From a virus (Duplodnaviria > Caudoviricetes), in IMG/VR virus record IMGVR_UViG_3300028888_000054: DNA of 64,000 nucleotides, one strand, 5' to 3'. This document shows positions 22,556-32,305 of this stretch, one piece after another (position 1 is the stretch's first letter; each line of letters opens with the position of its first letter). A program made the position numbers and the translations under genes. The notes under the pieces are model-generated. The model was not told where the DNA came from, ran no database searches, and saw only the letters and a program-made list of their open reading frames with translations.

Positions 22556-23152
22556 TTAAAAATCGTTATCTATCTTTAATTCGTCTCCTATTTTTAACTT
22601 ATTTAAAGCTCTAAAGCATTTAAATTCTGGTAGATAAAATTTATGGTTTTCTGTCGCTATAATTTTTATTCCGTTTTCAAGTTCTAATTCATACCATTCA
22701 AAATCATTATCATTAATCATAAAGCTGTCAATTGGAACCAATTCAATTTCATTCTTTTCAAAATTAAATGTTTTTATCTTACATTTTATTTTTTCTTCTA
22801 CGATTTTGCCAATCGGGAGTTTCCCCAAATCTGTGTCCAAAATTGTTTCATAGTCAAGACATCCGTCAATTTTTAACTCAGCAAGAATGTCATTATGAGA
22901 ATGTTTATCCCACCAAGCATTCATCTCTTCTTCGCTATTGCATTTATCAAGAGTTCCCATAGTGATAGGAAGTTTTATTTTTTGAGTAACACCTTTTATA
23001 TCTGAGCCAATCGGCCCTTTTAGAAGCTCTGAATCTGGTTGCTCTGTTTTTAATTTTGCAATAAGCAAATCATAATCTTCATCACTGATAAGCTCATTAC
23101 CCTGATAGTAATTATCTGCAAAATTTTTAATTTTTTCTTCTAATTCTGTCAT
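22556..23152 (-). CDS. ligA: NAD-dependent DNA ligase N-terminal part fused to a split intein N-fragment (22556-22861)
   Basis: YY.G..LISDEDYD, MGTLDK, catalytic ELKIDG, then intein block A CLDYET and block B ATENHKF. Confidence 0.93.
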   Translation of the reverse strand: MTELEEKIKNFADNYYQGNELISDEDYDLLIAKLKTEQPDSELLKGPIGSDIKGVTQKIKLPITMGTLDKCNSEEEMNAWWDKHSHNDILAELKIDGCLDYETILDTDLGKLPIGKIVEEKIKCKIKTFNFEKNEIELVPIDSFMINDNDFEWYELELENGIKIIATENHKFYLPEFKCFRALNKLKIGDELKIDNDF

Positions 23153-23154
23153 AT

Positions 23155-23586
23155 TTACTCCTCTGAAAAATCTTTTACAAACTTTACACCATTTGGTGGC
23201 ATATGCGATAAATAAAAATTTCCAAAATCTAAAAAGCCATATTTTTTATTTTGGAAAATGCCTGAAGCACTAAAACTAGCATACATTGGAAGCCCTGCTT
23301 GCAAAAGGTCTTTCGCAATTTGCCCATTTGCATTATCTAAAAAATCAACATCAACAAAAACCTGCTTAGTGTCTTCATCATATTCAATGTCTTGAACTAC
23401 ACCAGCAGCTTCTTCTATAAAGTTTGGGTCACCACCTTCTCTAAATAAAAACTTACGATCACTTTCTTCCATAAGTCTTTCCCTGTATGCTTCTGTCGCC
23501 TTTTCCAAAACACTTGCTGGAATAATTCTTCCGTCTTTATCTGGAACTTCTGCTACAGCGGCTAATAATTTTTTATATTCCATCAT
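23155..23586 (-). CDS. T4 gp21-like prohead protease paralog, catalytic His/Ser motifs degenerate
   Basis: AEVPDKDGRIIPASVLEKA ~ gp21 AEVVNRNKRLYPKRILEKA; GGDP replaces LNHP; ASFSASG replaces VSSRG. Confidence 0.6.
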   Translation of the reverse strand: MMEYKKLLAAVAEVPDKDGRIIPASVLEKATEAYRERLMEESDRKFLFREGGDPNFIEEAAGVVQDIEYDEDTKQVFVDVDFLDNANGQIAKDLLQAGLPMYASFSASGIFQNKKYGFLDFGNFYLSHMPPNGVKFVKDFSEE

Positions 23587-24177
23587 ATATATATGTAAAA
23601 AACAACCTCCATTTTAAATTTAATTTTAAAAGCTGAAACGCTTCTGTTATTATTCTAGTTAATTGGTCTGTGTTATGATACAACAACAAACGATCTTTGA
23701 TTGAACTAATAGCCTCAATGTCTTTTTCCAATCTGTCGTCTGAAAAATCTTCTGCATTAAAATGTGCTTCTATATCAAAATCTACTCTATGTTCAGTTAT
23801 ATTTATTTTTGCTAGTAAAACATTTTCTTGTTCCATAATAAAAAACCTGAGTTAATTATAACTCAGGTTTTTTAAAATGTCAATTATGCCTCTTGGAATT
23901 CATAATCATCTTCAAGGTTCTTACTTGATTTTCTTATAACTCCGCCACGAGCGCCACGTTCAGCATATATATCAAGTAGATCGCAAAGGTTCGTAAATGC
24001 AACCATTGTTTTGCCGACATATAAAGCCATTTGATTAAATGACTCTGCTTTTTCTTGCTCGCTCATTGGCGAAGAACAAATTTCCTCCATTGCATTTAAA
24101 TAACCAGCGATGTTGTTTGCTACTTCTTTTGATTTTGTTATTTTTTCAAGTTCATCTTTTGTAAATGGTGTTGGCAT
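23573..24177 (-). CDS. two hypothetical proteins (23573-23836, 23884-24177)
   Basis: ORF track. Confidence 0.5.
23840..23883 (-). promoter_or_regulatory. sigma70-type promoter with the -10 box at the apex of an inverted repeat
   Basis: TTGACA-N17-TATAAT within AAAAAACCTGAGT-TATAAT-TAACTCAGGTTTTTT. Confidence 0.7.
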
Positions 24178-24181
24178 TTTA

Positions 24182-25702
24182 TTAACTCCTTTTTTCTTCT
24201 TTTGCTAATTTTTTTCCAAGTTCCTGCATTTTCATTCCGACCTCTGCTCTCACTTCTGAAATAGACATCTTATCCCAATTAATTTTAAAATAAACGGTGT
24301 CATTGCTTTCTCCGTTTCTGTTTTTATCAGTTTTTATACGATATAAACCTTCAGTGTGTTCTTTGTTTGTGTATTTTTCTTCAGCGGTTTGTTCTATTAT
24401 TAATACATAATCTGCAGTATCCAAAACACCACGAGATTCTGAAATGTTTTTCGAAGATACAACTGCTTTTGAACCACCACTATCTCCCATGGCGTCACGA
24501 TTTAACTGAACTGCAGATATAACAGGGCAATTCATTATAACCGCTAAATTTCTTAATTCCTCAGCAACAGTTTTATAGTATTTATAAGTATCAGAAGAAT
24601 CTTTTGTTTTGTCGTTTGTAGATGTAATCATTACATAATCTACAATGATTAAATCTGGAACCCAATCTTCATATGTTTTTAAATCCATAAGAAGTGTGGC
24701 CATGTCTTCAGAAGAAACAGTATTTGCAGTTTTTGCAAAAATTCTAATGTCTCCGTTGCATTGGTTTATTTTATTAAAAGCATCTTGCTCGTCCATATCT
24801 AGCAAGTCTTTTGTTCCAATTTCAAAAATGTTTTTGTAAATTCTAGCAGATAAACGTTTAGCGTTTACCTCAAAAGAAAATAAAGCAATTTTTTTATTTT
24901 CAGCAAAGTTATCAACCGCAAAATGCTGTAACCAAGTTGTCTTACCTGCGCCAGGAACACCCGCAACAAACCCAATTTCACCAGGCTGAATTCTTCCAAA
25001 CTTATTATCAAGACTCGGAGAACCCCAAGTGCATCCAGAAAAAGAATTCTGTGTTTCTTTTATCATTCCAAATGTCAACGGTATATTTTTAATAGAAACA
25101 CCCAAATCTTTATCAAGGTTTACATTTACAGCATCTGACATAATTTTTGAAAGATTTGAATAGTTTCCTTTACTTATTTCCTTTTGGCATTTTGCTGCTG
25201 CTTCTATAGCTCTTTCGTTTCTTATAAAGTTTACAGTTACATCTTTTATATAGTCTTCTGAAAATTTTGAATAATCTATTGTTTGAAGTTCGTTAAAAAG
25301 TTTTTTAACTCCCTCTTGTGTAAAAATGTCATCAATTTTTGTTTCTATCTCTGAAAAAATAACTTCCTCTGATGGCATTTTTTTATACTTTTCAGAATAC
25401 TCAAAACAAGTATTTACAATAAATTGTAATTTTTTATTTGTAAAGTAAGAATCTTTTTCCCAATTTTTTGTTGTTAGGTATTGAGCTAATTTTAAAAAGG
25501 TTGACCTGTCTTGATAAAAATAACCAACAACCATTTTTTCAAGAGTCTCTGAAGAAAACGTTAAGTAAACTTTTTTATCTGGAATTTCTATTGCTTTTTC
25601 TGTTTGGTTTGAAGTTTCATTAATAACATCTTGCTTCTCTTCCTCTTGCGGAGCCGCGGTAATGTTATCATACTGTGCTAATAATTCATCAATTTCATTC
25701 AT
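24182..25702 (-). CDS. replicative DnaB/gp41-type helicase
   Basis: Walker A GVPGAGKT, FSFE, IIVDY, SAVQLNR, ISES, KNRNG. Confidence 0.92.
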   Translation of the reverse strand: MNEIDELLAQYDNITAAPQEEEKQDVINETSNQTEKAIEIPDKKVYLTFSSETLEKMVVGYFYQDRSTFLKLAQYLTTKNWEKDSYFTNKKLQFIVNTCFEYSEKYKKMPSEEVIFSEIETKIDDIFTQEGVKKLFNELQTIDYSKFSEDYIKDVTVNFIRNERAIEAAAKCQKEISKGNYSNLSKIMSDAVNVNLDKDLGVSIKNIPLTFGMIKETQNSFSGCTWGSPSLDNKFGRIQPGEIGFVAGVPGAGKTTWLQHFAVDNFAENKKIALFSFEVNAKRLSARIYKNIFEIGTKDLLDMDEQDAFNKINQCNGDIRIFAKTANTVSSEDMATLLMDLKTYEDWVPDLIIVDYVMITSTNDKTKDSSDTYKYYKTVAEELRNLAVIMNCPVISAVQLNRDAMGDSGGSKAVVSSKNISESRGVLDTADYVLIIEQTAEEKYTNKEHTEGLYRIKTDKNRNGESNDTVYFKINWDKMSISEVRAEVGMKMQELGKKLAKEEKRS

Positions 25703-26012
25703 ATTTTTAAATTATATATTTTCTTTTTTGTTTGTCAATTCTTTTACAGTATCAGTTAACTCATTAACTGCTCCAATTAAACCTTTTAACAGCTCTTCTG
25801 TTAAAGAAGTATCTTTTTCAGACTCCTCTTTATCGAGGTCTTCTCTAAGGCAGAAATCGCAAAGAATTGTAATATATCCAGTGTTGTTAGATCTTACCAT
25901 TTCCATTCTATCCAAATAGAAATCTGGATGATTCTCTAACCAAGCATTCATATCTTCTTTTACATCATAAATATTATCACCAGAAAAAGCCTCAATACGG
26001 TCACAAGGTTTT

Positions 26013-26618
26013 TTATTCGCCATTATTTTCCTCCTCAAAAAAGAAATTATTTGGAAGTTCATTTAAGAATTCTTTAAACCAATAACATTCCCAACCATTA
26101 TGAGTAAAAATTGGGTCTAAACCAAAACCCCAATGTTTTTGATAGTCTTCCATAAATTCTTTTTTTACATAAATAATACGCTCGTGAAAATTATATTTTA
26201 CGATTAGCATTGGCTGCTTTCCAACCGACTCTGCATCGTATTCTGCCTGTTTCATCCAAGAGTGCAAATCAGAACTTTCATTAAACAAATCCCAAAAACT
26301 TGCTTCTGCATAAGCCTTATGTTCAATTGTAAACTTGAAATCTTCTCTCGAACAATAAACATCGCCAACAAACACTAAATTCTGACTTTTATTTAATTCT
26401 TCTTTTCTATAAAAATTAGAGCCCCCGACAAACGCGCCACTTGAAGGACTTCGATGAAAGTTTGTAAAAGAAAATCTTTCATCAAGAATTTTTCGAACCT
26501 CATTTTCAGCCGAGTTACCTTTCCTCTTAGAATTTATTCCTTTCTTTCTTTTTGTCTTTTGAGTTTTTATAGTTGTTTCAACTTCTGTTAAAAATTCGTC
26601 TTCTAAATTATTTTCCAT
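26013..26618 (-). CDS. Holliday junction resolvase-like PD-(D/E)XK nuclease
   Basis: SKRKGNSAE, SGA, GDV, IEHK, W.QA pattern. Confidence 0.7.
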   Translation of the reverse strand: MENNLEDEFLTEVETTIKTQKTKRKKGINSKRKGNSAENEVRKILDERFSFTNFHRSPSSGAFVGGSNFYRKEELNKSQNLVFVGDVYCSREDFKFTIEHKAYAEASFWDLFNESSDLHSWMKQAEYDAESVGKQPMLIVKYNFHERIIYVKKEFMEDYQKHWGFGLDPIFTHNGWECYWFKEFLNELPNNFFFEEENNGE

Positions 26619-26708
26619 AATCTACCTCTGTTTTTATTATAAATTGTTTTAAAAAGTTGTCAATAAAAAAGGCAGCTTTTTAGGCTGCCAATAGTGAGAA
26701 AATTATTT

Positions 26709-28748
26709 TTATTTCAGCAATTCATACTGAAACAATTTATCCTTAATATATTTATCGTAAAACTCTTTTAAATCTTCTTTAAATGAAGTTATTTGGGCAT
26801 CAAGTCTTGGGTTGCGTTTCTGCATAAGAGTTTGTCCTTTCTTATTTTTAACGTCAGTTGGGTCATCTAAATTTAAATCATTAATGATTTGTGCTAAACC
26901 ATACTTCCAATTAGCGTTATATTCTTTACACTTCTTTGCTTCATTTAAAACATTATCCCAAGAACGCTTCAAGGCAAGCCTGTGTGGTTGTTTTAAATCG
27001 ACAATTTGATCTGCTTTTGAGTTTTGCGATAAAGCCATTTCGTTTTGAGAGGCACCAGACCAACACTTATTCTTATCAGTCAAGCAACACCAAATAAAAC
27101 AATCTTCAAGAAATTCGTTATCGTTTTGATAAGCGGTTCCACCATCTCCACTTTTCATAATTACTTCTTTTTCTGTATAATCTTTACAAGTATAACAGTT
27201 AGCTGCAAAGAGGGGTAATGCTTGTTTGATGTTATTAGTTCCAAGTATTTTTGTTTTTAGATGTCCTTTTGGTATTATATTGCCCAAAGTTCCGTGTTTA
27301 AAATCTGGTGTTCCACTATAATCATGAAACTTACAAATTTCGTTATTGTCATCACTAAAAGAAGAAAACAAAGACCCTTTACTTATTTTCTTGATTAAAG
27401 AATTTTCAAGTTGCCAGCTATCATTAGTTGCATCTTCATTCTTCCAGGACATTATAGATATACCACCCTCGGTAGCATGAAAATCTGTCCTATTTACAAT
27501 AATTCCTTCGTTAAATTTTTTATTAATCAATCCTTGACTTTTGAAGTATTTAACTGGACTATAAACTACATAATGATCAAAGAAGTATTTAAAACCGCTC
27601 CAAATAAATTTGTTAGCAAGATCGTTGCTTGCAGTTCCTTTCGCTTCCTTCTTCATTTCTTTTGTTATATAGTTTTCGTAAGAGCCTTTCTGCGTTTTGC
27701 CGCTTCTTGTGGCTTCGGCTTGTGGTTCTCCATACGGTGGATTTTCCAAGCCAATAACTACTAATTTCTTTCCTTTCGCTTCAGTTTCTTTTCTTACTTC
27801 TTCAATTTTATCAGCAAGTTCTTTATTAAAACCTTCGCTTAAAGCATCGCCTGCAGGCATACAGCCTTCATCATCTATTGTTTCGTCGGCTGGCAAAATT
27901 GCTTTTACACGTCCTTCATAAAGACCTTTTAGAGTAGTTTTCTCAGCATAAACAATTGTGTTTAAAATACAATGACTGAGTTCGTCATCGGTCATAAATT
28001 TTTCAAGATTTCCAGTTCCAGCGCATCTATCAACAATAACATAATCCTCGTCATCATTTAAATTATTAATTATGTTTCTTATATAATTAGTAGATTTCTC
28101 AACAGCGTAATCGGGTGTAAAGAAAGCTCCAAGTCTTTTCTTCAAAGCAGTGCTTCCAAGACAATCAAGAAGTTTTCTTTCCATGTTTCCATCTGCTTGC
28201 CAGGTATAAGGTTTTATATTTAAAACTTTTGGATTAGCAAGTTCTGCAATAAAATCATCCTTGCTCTTTCTGCCCATTCCCTTTGCTGAAAAGAAAGCAT
28301 CATTGTAAGAAACAATAGAAGTTTCATCTATCCAGCCTTTTTGGGTTGTTGTATCTTTTAACCAAGAATCAGCACTACTTGTAAAATTATTTAAATCGAC
28401 TGTTAAATCAAGATTTTCTTGTATAACTGCTTTTGAAAAATCTTCTTCTTCCAAATCAAAAACTGTATACTTTTGCGCAGCAGTCATAATATATACACCA
28501 TACTTTGGTATTTCTAAACCTTTGGCGTTGTATGATTTTACATACCTTTTCATTTGTTCAAAAACATCTTTGTTTGTTTTCGCAATAACTTTAAATTCTA
28601 CCAAAGAGCCCTTTAAACCAGTTTTTGGATCAAGTATGATTCTTCCGTCTGTATTACAAGAATAATCAATTGTTCCTTCTGGGTAGCCAATTTCATTATA
28701 AAACGCTCTCATAGCGTCAAGTTCTACTGGGTATTCATAATATCTCAT
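26709..28748 (-). CDS. Type IIG-like fused endonuclease-methyltransferase
   Basis: N-terminal TDG...VEFK; GAFFTP, DRCAGTGNL, ENPPY; C-terminal TRD-like region. Confidence 0.72.
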   Translation of the reverse strand: MRYYEYPVELDAMRAFYNEIGYPEGTIDYSCNTDGRIILDPKTGLKGSLVEFKVIAKTNKDVFEQMKRYVKSYNAKGLEIPKYGVYIMTAAQKYTVFDLEEEDFSKAVIQENLDLTVDLNNFTSSADSWLKDTTTQKGWIDETSIVSYNDAFFSAKGMGRKSKDDFIAELANPKVLNIKPYTWQADGNMERKLLDCLGSTALKKRLGAFFTPDYAVEKSTNYIRNIINNLNDDEDYVIVDRCAGTGNLEKFMTDDELSHCILNTIVYAEKTTLKGLYEGRVKAILPADETIDDEGCMPAGDALSEGFNKELADKIEEVRKETEAKGKKLVVIGLENPPYGEPQAEATRSGKTQKGSYENYITKEMKKEAKGTASNDLANKFIWSGFKYFFDHYVVYSPVKYFKSQGLINKKFNEGIIVNRTDFHATEGGISIMSWKNEDATNDSWQLENSLIKKISKGSLFSSFSDDNNEICKFHDYSGTPDFKHGTLGNIIPKGHLKTKILGTNNIKQALPLFAANCYTCKDYTEKEVIMKSGDGGTAYQNDNEFLEDCFIWCCLTDKNKCWSGASQNEMALSQNSKADQIVDLKQPHRLALKRSWDNVLNEAKKCKEYNANWKYGLAQIINDLNLDDPTDVKNKKGQTLMQKRNPRLDAQITSFKEDLKEFYDKYIKDKLFQYELLK

Positions 28749-28800
28749 TTTAATTTCCTCACTAAAAAAATTATACTTTAAAACTTATTTTTTGTAAAGT

Positions 28801-29244
28801 CTAATTATAGTTTCCTCTCAGTCTGTTTAATTGTCCAACAAACTCTCTTTCTGTCAAGACTGTCTCAGTTATTTTATTCTTACCCATTGAGTGTGTAAGA
28901 ACGCAGCCAAGACTTGCTCTCAATGCTTTTTGAAAGCCTTCGTTTTCAAAAAGACAATTGTAAGCCTTTGTTATTAAATCTTGGTATTCTTGCGAATCTC
29001 TTTTTATTTCTTGTCCTTGCCAGTATAGAGTTTGTGTTCTCCACCACTTCTTTTTCTTTCCTTTAAATTTTGCTTGTTTACCAACCATCTTACAAACTTC
29101 TTTTTGCATATCTGGATTGTTAAACTTTAAGGACTGCAAAAAGCCCTCCATCGAATTGCACTGTATTCCGTCAATCTCAAAAGGGTGTGGAGCGAAATTA
29201 CTTAATGCAGAAGAGGGCCAGCCTGTTCCACTTCCAATATCCAT
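28801..29244 (-). CDS. NADAR family ADP-ribose hydrolase (T4 30.3-like)
   Basis: LSNFAPHPFEIDG...SMEGFLQSLK, LYWQG, LTH.MG, TVLTE.EF. Confidence 0.85.
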   Translation of the reverse strand: MDIGSGTGWPSSALSNFAPHPFEIDGIQCNSMEGFLQSLKFNNPDMQKEVCKMVGKQAKFKGKKKKWWRTQTLYWQGQEIKRDSQEYQDLITKAYNCLFENEGFQKALRASLGCVLTHSMGKNKITETVLTEREFVGQLNRLRGNYN

Positions 29245-29259
29245 ATTTTATTTTACTCC

Positions 29260-29754
29260 CTAAGCATAATCTTCAAAATCTTGCTTTATTTCTTCTTTCA
29301 TTCTATCAATTGTTTCAGCAAAAAAATCATCACTCTGTAAAAACTCTTCGCCAAGAGCTTCAAGAATTTCTTTTATTGCCTGCTTTTTGCCATCATTAAA
29401 AGCAAAAGCCTCAAACTCAAAGTCTGTCCAGTCTCCCGGATATTTATCTTTAATATAATCTGTTCCTACCATTTATTGTTCCTCTCTTTCAAGATCTTCA
29501 TGGTCAACTTTTTTTATTAGTTCAAAATCATCCCATTCAAATTTGTCATGATCATATCTAACACTTGGTCTTCTTCCACAAGGAAGAACAATATAAACTT
29601 CGTTCGACCTTTCGCTTTTAAATGCTAATGCTTTATTTTCTTCCGAAAAATTTTCTACTTCAATTGAAACTTCTTTTGGGTAACCTCTATCAAGCCAATA
29701 GGCAGTATTATCTGAAATTTGTATCGTTTTATCTTTAAATTTATACTTTAACAT
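29260..29754 (-). CDS. two small hypothetical proteins (29260-29472, 29473-29754)
   Basis: ORF track. Confidence 0.5.
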
Positions 29755-30202
29755 TCCAACTCCTTAATTTTATATTTATATAATCTTTTTCTATTGGCTT
29801 AATTTCTCTGCCAAAGTTTATTTGAATATTTTCATTATAATATTTATTATAAAGTTTGTCATTAGCTACATCATAATAAATAGCGCTGTTTGAAAGCAAC
29901 CATGTTTCCTGAACTTCCTCAAAAGTTTTACAAGGAATAATATGATCTTCTAATTTCCAAAGGTCAATTTCTTTCTCTTTATATTTAATTCTAAGCCCGC
30001 CATACATATTAACATTTAATATATACTTTTCATTAATGGTGTTAATATCAAAATTTTCGTTAACAATAATATCAATATCTTCGTAGTGGTCTTTTATTCC
30101 AAAAATGTATTTTACAACTCCGCCACACAACAAAATATTTTTATTATCAAAAGGCAATTGCTCTAAAACTTCTTTAAGCCTAAAAACATTTATTTCCGCC
30201 AT
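29741..30202 (-). CDS. minimal nucleotidyltransferase (CCA/poly(A) polymerase head-like)
   Basis: LLCGGVVK...DIDII, EIDLW; probable start MAEINV at 30202 rather than 30343. Confidence 0.6.
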   Translation of the reverse strand: MAEINVFRLKEVLEQLPFDNKNILLCGGVVKYIFGIKDHYEDIDIIVNENFDINTINEKYILNVNMYGGLRIKYKEKEIDLWKLEDHIIPCKTFEEVQETWLLSNSAIYYDVANDKLYNKYYNENIQINFGREIKPIEKDYINIKLRSWNVKV

Positions 30203-30734
30203 TTTTCTTTCTCTCCTTTTTCGGTTTGTTAAGTTTTTCCATAATAATTTGTTTTGGTAAGAAGTTATAGCAATAATAAGAACTACTAAAAGTAGGGCTT
30301 CCCATTCCTTTACCATTATGGATAAATTCCATTCTTTTATCAAACATTAAAAGTTGCAAATCTTTTCCCTCAAAAACTCTGGATGGGCCTCCGTCATTCA
30401 GCCAAGTATTTGACATTATCAAAGCAAATGGTTTATTAAAGCTCAAGGCTCTTTCAAAGATTTTTGCTTTGTTTGTAAATGGCGGGTTGCTTACAATACA
30501 ATCCCATTCTTCTTCAGGCTCGTAAGTATAAAAATCCTGCCCGTCTTTTATATGACTTCTAATTACTTTATGAGTTTTAGAAATTTGTTTTACAAACTCA
30601 CTTTCTTCTGTATCAAAAGGACACCAAACAACAGCGTTTTCGGGAATGTATTTTAAGATTGGTTCTACACCATAGGCTGGTGTATAACACTCATCATTCT
30701 TTCCTTCACTGTATAAAATTTCTCCACTATTCAT
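30180..30734 (-). CDS. small DNA adenine methyltransferase
   Basis: DECYTP, VWCPFD, GQDF, VSNPPF. Confidence 0.8.
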   Translation of the reverse strand: MNSGEILYSEGKNDECYTPAYGVEPILKYIPENAVVWCPFDTEESEFVKQISKTHKVIRSHIKDGQDFYTYEPEEEWDCIVSNPPFTNKAKIFERALSFNKPFALIMSNTWLNDGGPSRVFEGKDLQLLMFDKRMEFIHNGKGMGSPTFSSSYYCYNFLPKQIIMEKLNKPKKERKKNGGNKCF

Positions 30735-31301
30735 TTACTCTCCTTAATAAAAACGTCTTATTTTAAGTTCTATAAGACTATCACCATATTTTTTTCTTAT
30801 TTTATTTTCTTCTTTAAAAACCAATTTTTCAAATTCTACAATATTTGTTTTCATATAATTTGTTTTAATTTCAACAGTTTCTTTAAAATAAGAATGAGTT
30901 AAAATCTGTTTCGTAGTTCTAAAAAAGATTTCTGCTATTACCATGTCCTCTCCAAAATTTCTCCACTATTCATTACTTTCTCCAAAATCTTCTACATATT
31001 TTCCATAGTCATCGACAAAATCTTTGAATCTATAAGAAATTTCCGCTCTATTAAATTCACTACACTCTTGCGATACAACATCTGTAACTTCTACTTCATT
31101 AAAGATCTTTGAAGTTCCATCGTCATAACTAATTGTCATTTTTTTAGTTTCATTGTCGTAATTGACTTTTGTAATTTTACGCTGCGCTTTTAGTTCCTCG
31201 TCATTCACAAAATCTTCGATCGTTCTTACTGTTCCAATAAGACTGTCATATACTTTTTGCAAGTCTTTAAAGTCTGTTGAATATTTTACCATTCTTCCCA
31301 T

Positions 31302-32189
31302 TTAAATTCTCTCTAATATTTTTTCTATATACTCTTTTTTGAAATTCCACTTTCCGAATTCTATTTGCTGAACTATTTCATCTGCAGTGAAGCCAAGGCA
31401 GCCCAAATAAGAAACTGCACTTGCGGCTTCTTGATAAGAAAGAGTTCCATCGTTTTGAGCCAAAGCCCAAGCCCTTTGCCATTGTTCCTTTTCTTGACTG
31501 CTCTCTGGCATAGAAGCAAGTTCGTCTATAATCAAGCTGTTCTTTGGATCTCTGTCCACTTTATGTCTTTCTCTATATAAGTCATGCAGTTTTCTTTCTG
31601 CTTTTTCAATTTCCCAGCCTTGATCAAAAATTGTAGAATCAAAAACTATTGAGTCATCTTCAAACAAAAGTTTTTGCAATACTGTTTTGCCACCTTTTAT
31701 TCTAACACCGTTTGGCTTTCTTGTAAGTCTCGATGGGTTTGCACAAGCCTTATCTGCTACCCCTGCAAAAAACTTGTCGTTCAACTTTCCCCATAGCCAT
31801 TTATAATGCTCTATATTTTCTGGGTCTTCATTAATTGTTATTCGACAATGCAAAGACTTATTTCCACTAAAAACTATTCTGTTTAAAATTTTCTTATTTT
31901 TCAAAAAAGACGCTCTTTCAATTTGCTCTTTTAAAGTGGAATTGTCGCACTCAAAAATAAAATTTCTCATAGAAGAAACATTTATATCTTTTCTTGTTCT
32001 TAGTCTTTTTATCAACTGCTCTTTTGTTGCTTTTTTTTCATCAATTTCCATTTCTTCCGCAAAACTTGTTATTTTTAATGGATTTAAACACTCAAACTGA
32101 TAAGCTTCTGTTTTTGGTGTAGAACAAAACACCCCCGAAGAAAACTCATCTTTATATATTGCGTTTGGTAAATCAACAAAATTTTTCAT
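31302..32189 (-). CDS. archaeo-eukaryotic primase (prim-pol)-like protein
   Basis: FIFECD, VFSGNKSLH, D...NPSRLTRKPN. Confidence 0.7.
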   Translation of the reverse strand: MKNFVDLPNAIYKDEFSSGVFCSTPKTEAYQFECLNPLKITSFAEEMEIDEKKATKEQLIKRLRTRKDINVSSMRNFIFECDNSTLKEQIERASFLKNKKILNRIVFSGNKSLHCRITINEDPENIEHYKWLWGKLNDKFFAGVADKACANPSRLTRKPNGVRIKGGKTVLQKLLFEDDSIVFDSTIFDQGWEIEKAERKLHDLYRERHKVDRDPKNSLIIDELASMPESSQEKEQWQRAWALAQNDGTLSYQEAASAVSYLGCLGFTADEIVQQIEFGKWNFKKEYIEKILERI

Positions 32190-32214
32190 CTTAGATAAAT
32201 TTTACAACATAAAA

Positions 32215-32297
32215 TAAAAAAAGTCAACACTGTAAGATGTTGACTTTTTTAAGGAGGCCGAGAATGAGTGAAAATTTAAAATCTTCTCATCCATTCT
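32215..32297 (-). ncRNA. candidate small RNA with exposed anti-SD CCUCCUU
   Basis: Lies between an AAGTTAA motif (32301-32307) and a terminator (32216-32250); the plus strand reads AAGGAGG-N6-ATG. Confidence 0.3.
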
Positions 32298-32305
32298 TGA
32301 TTAAC

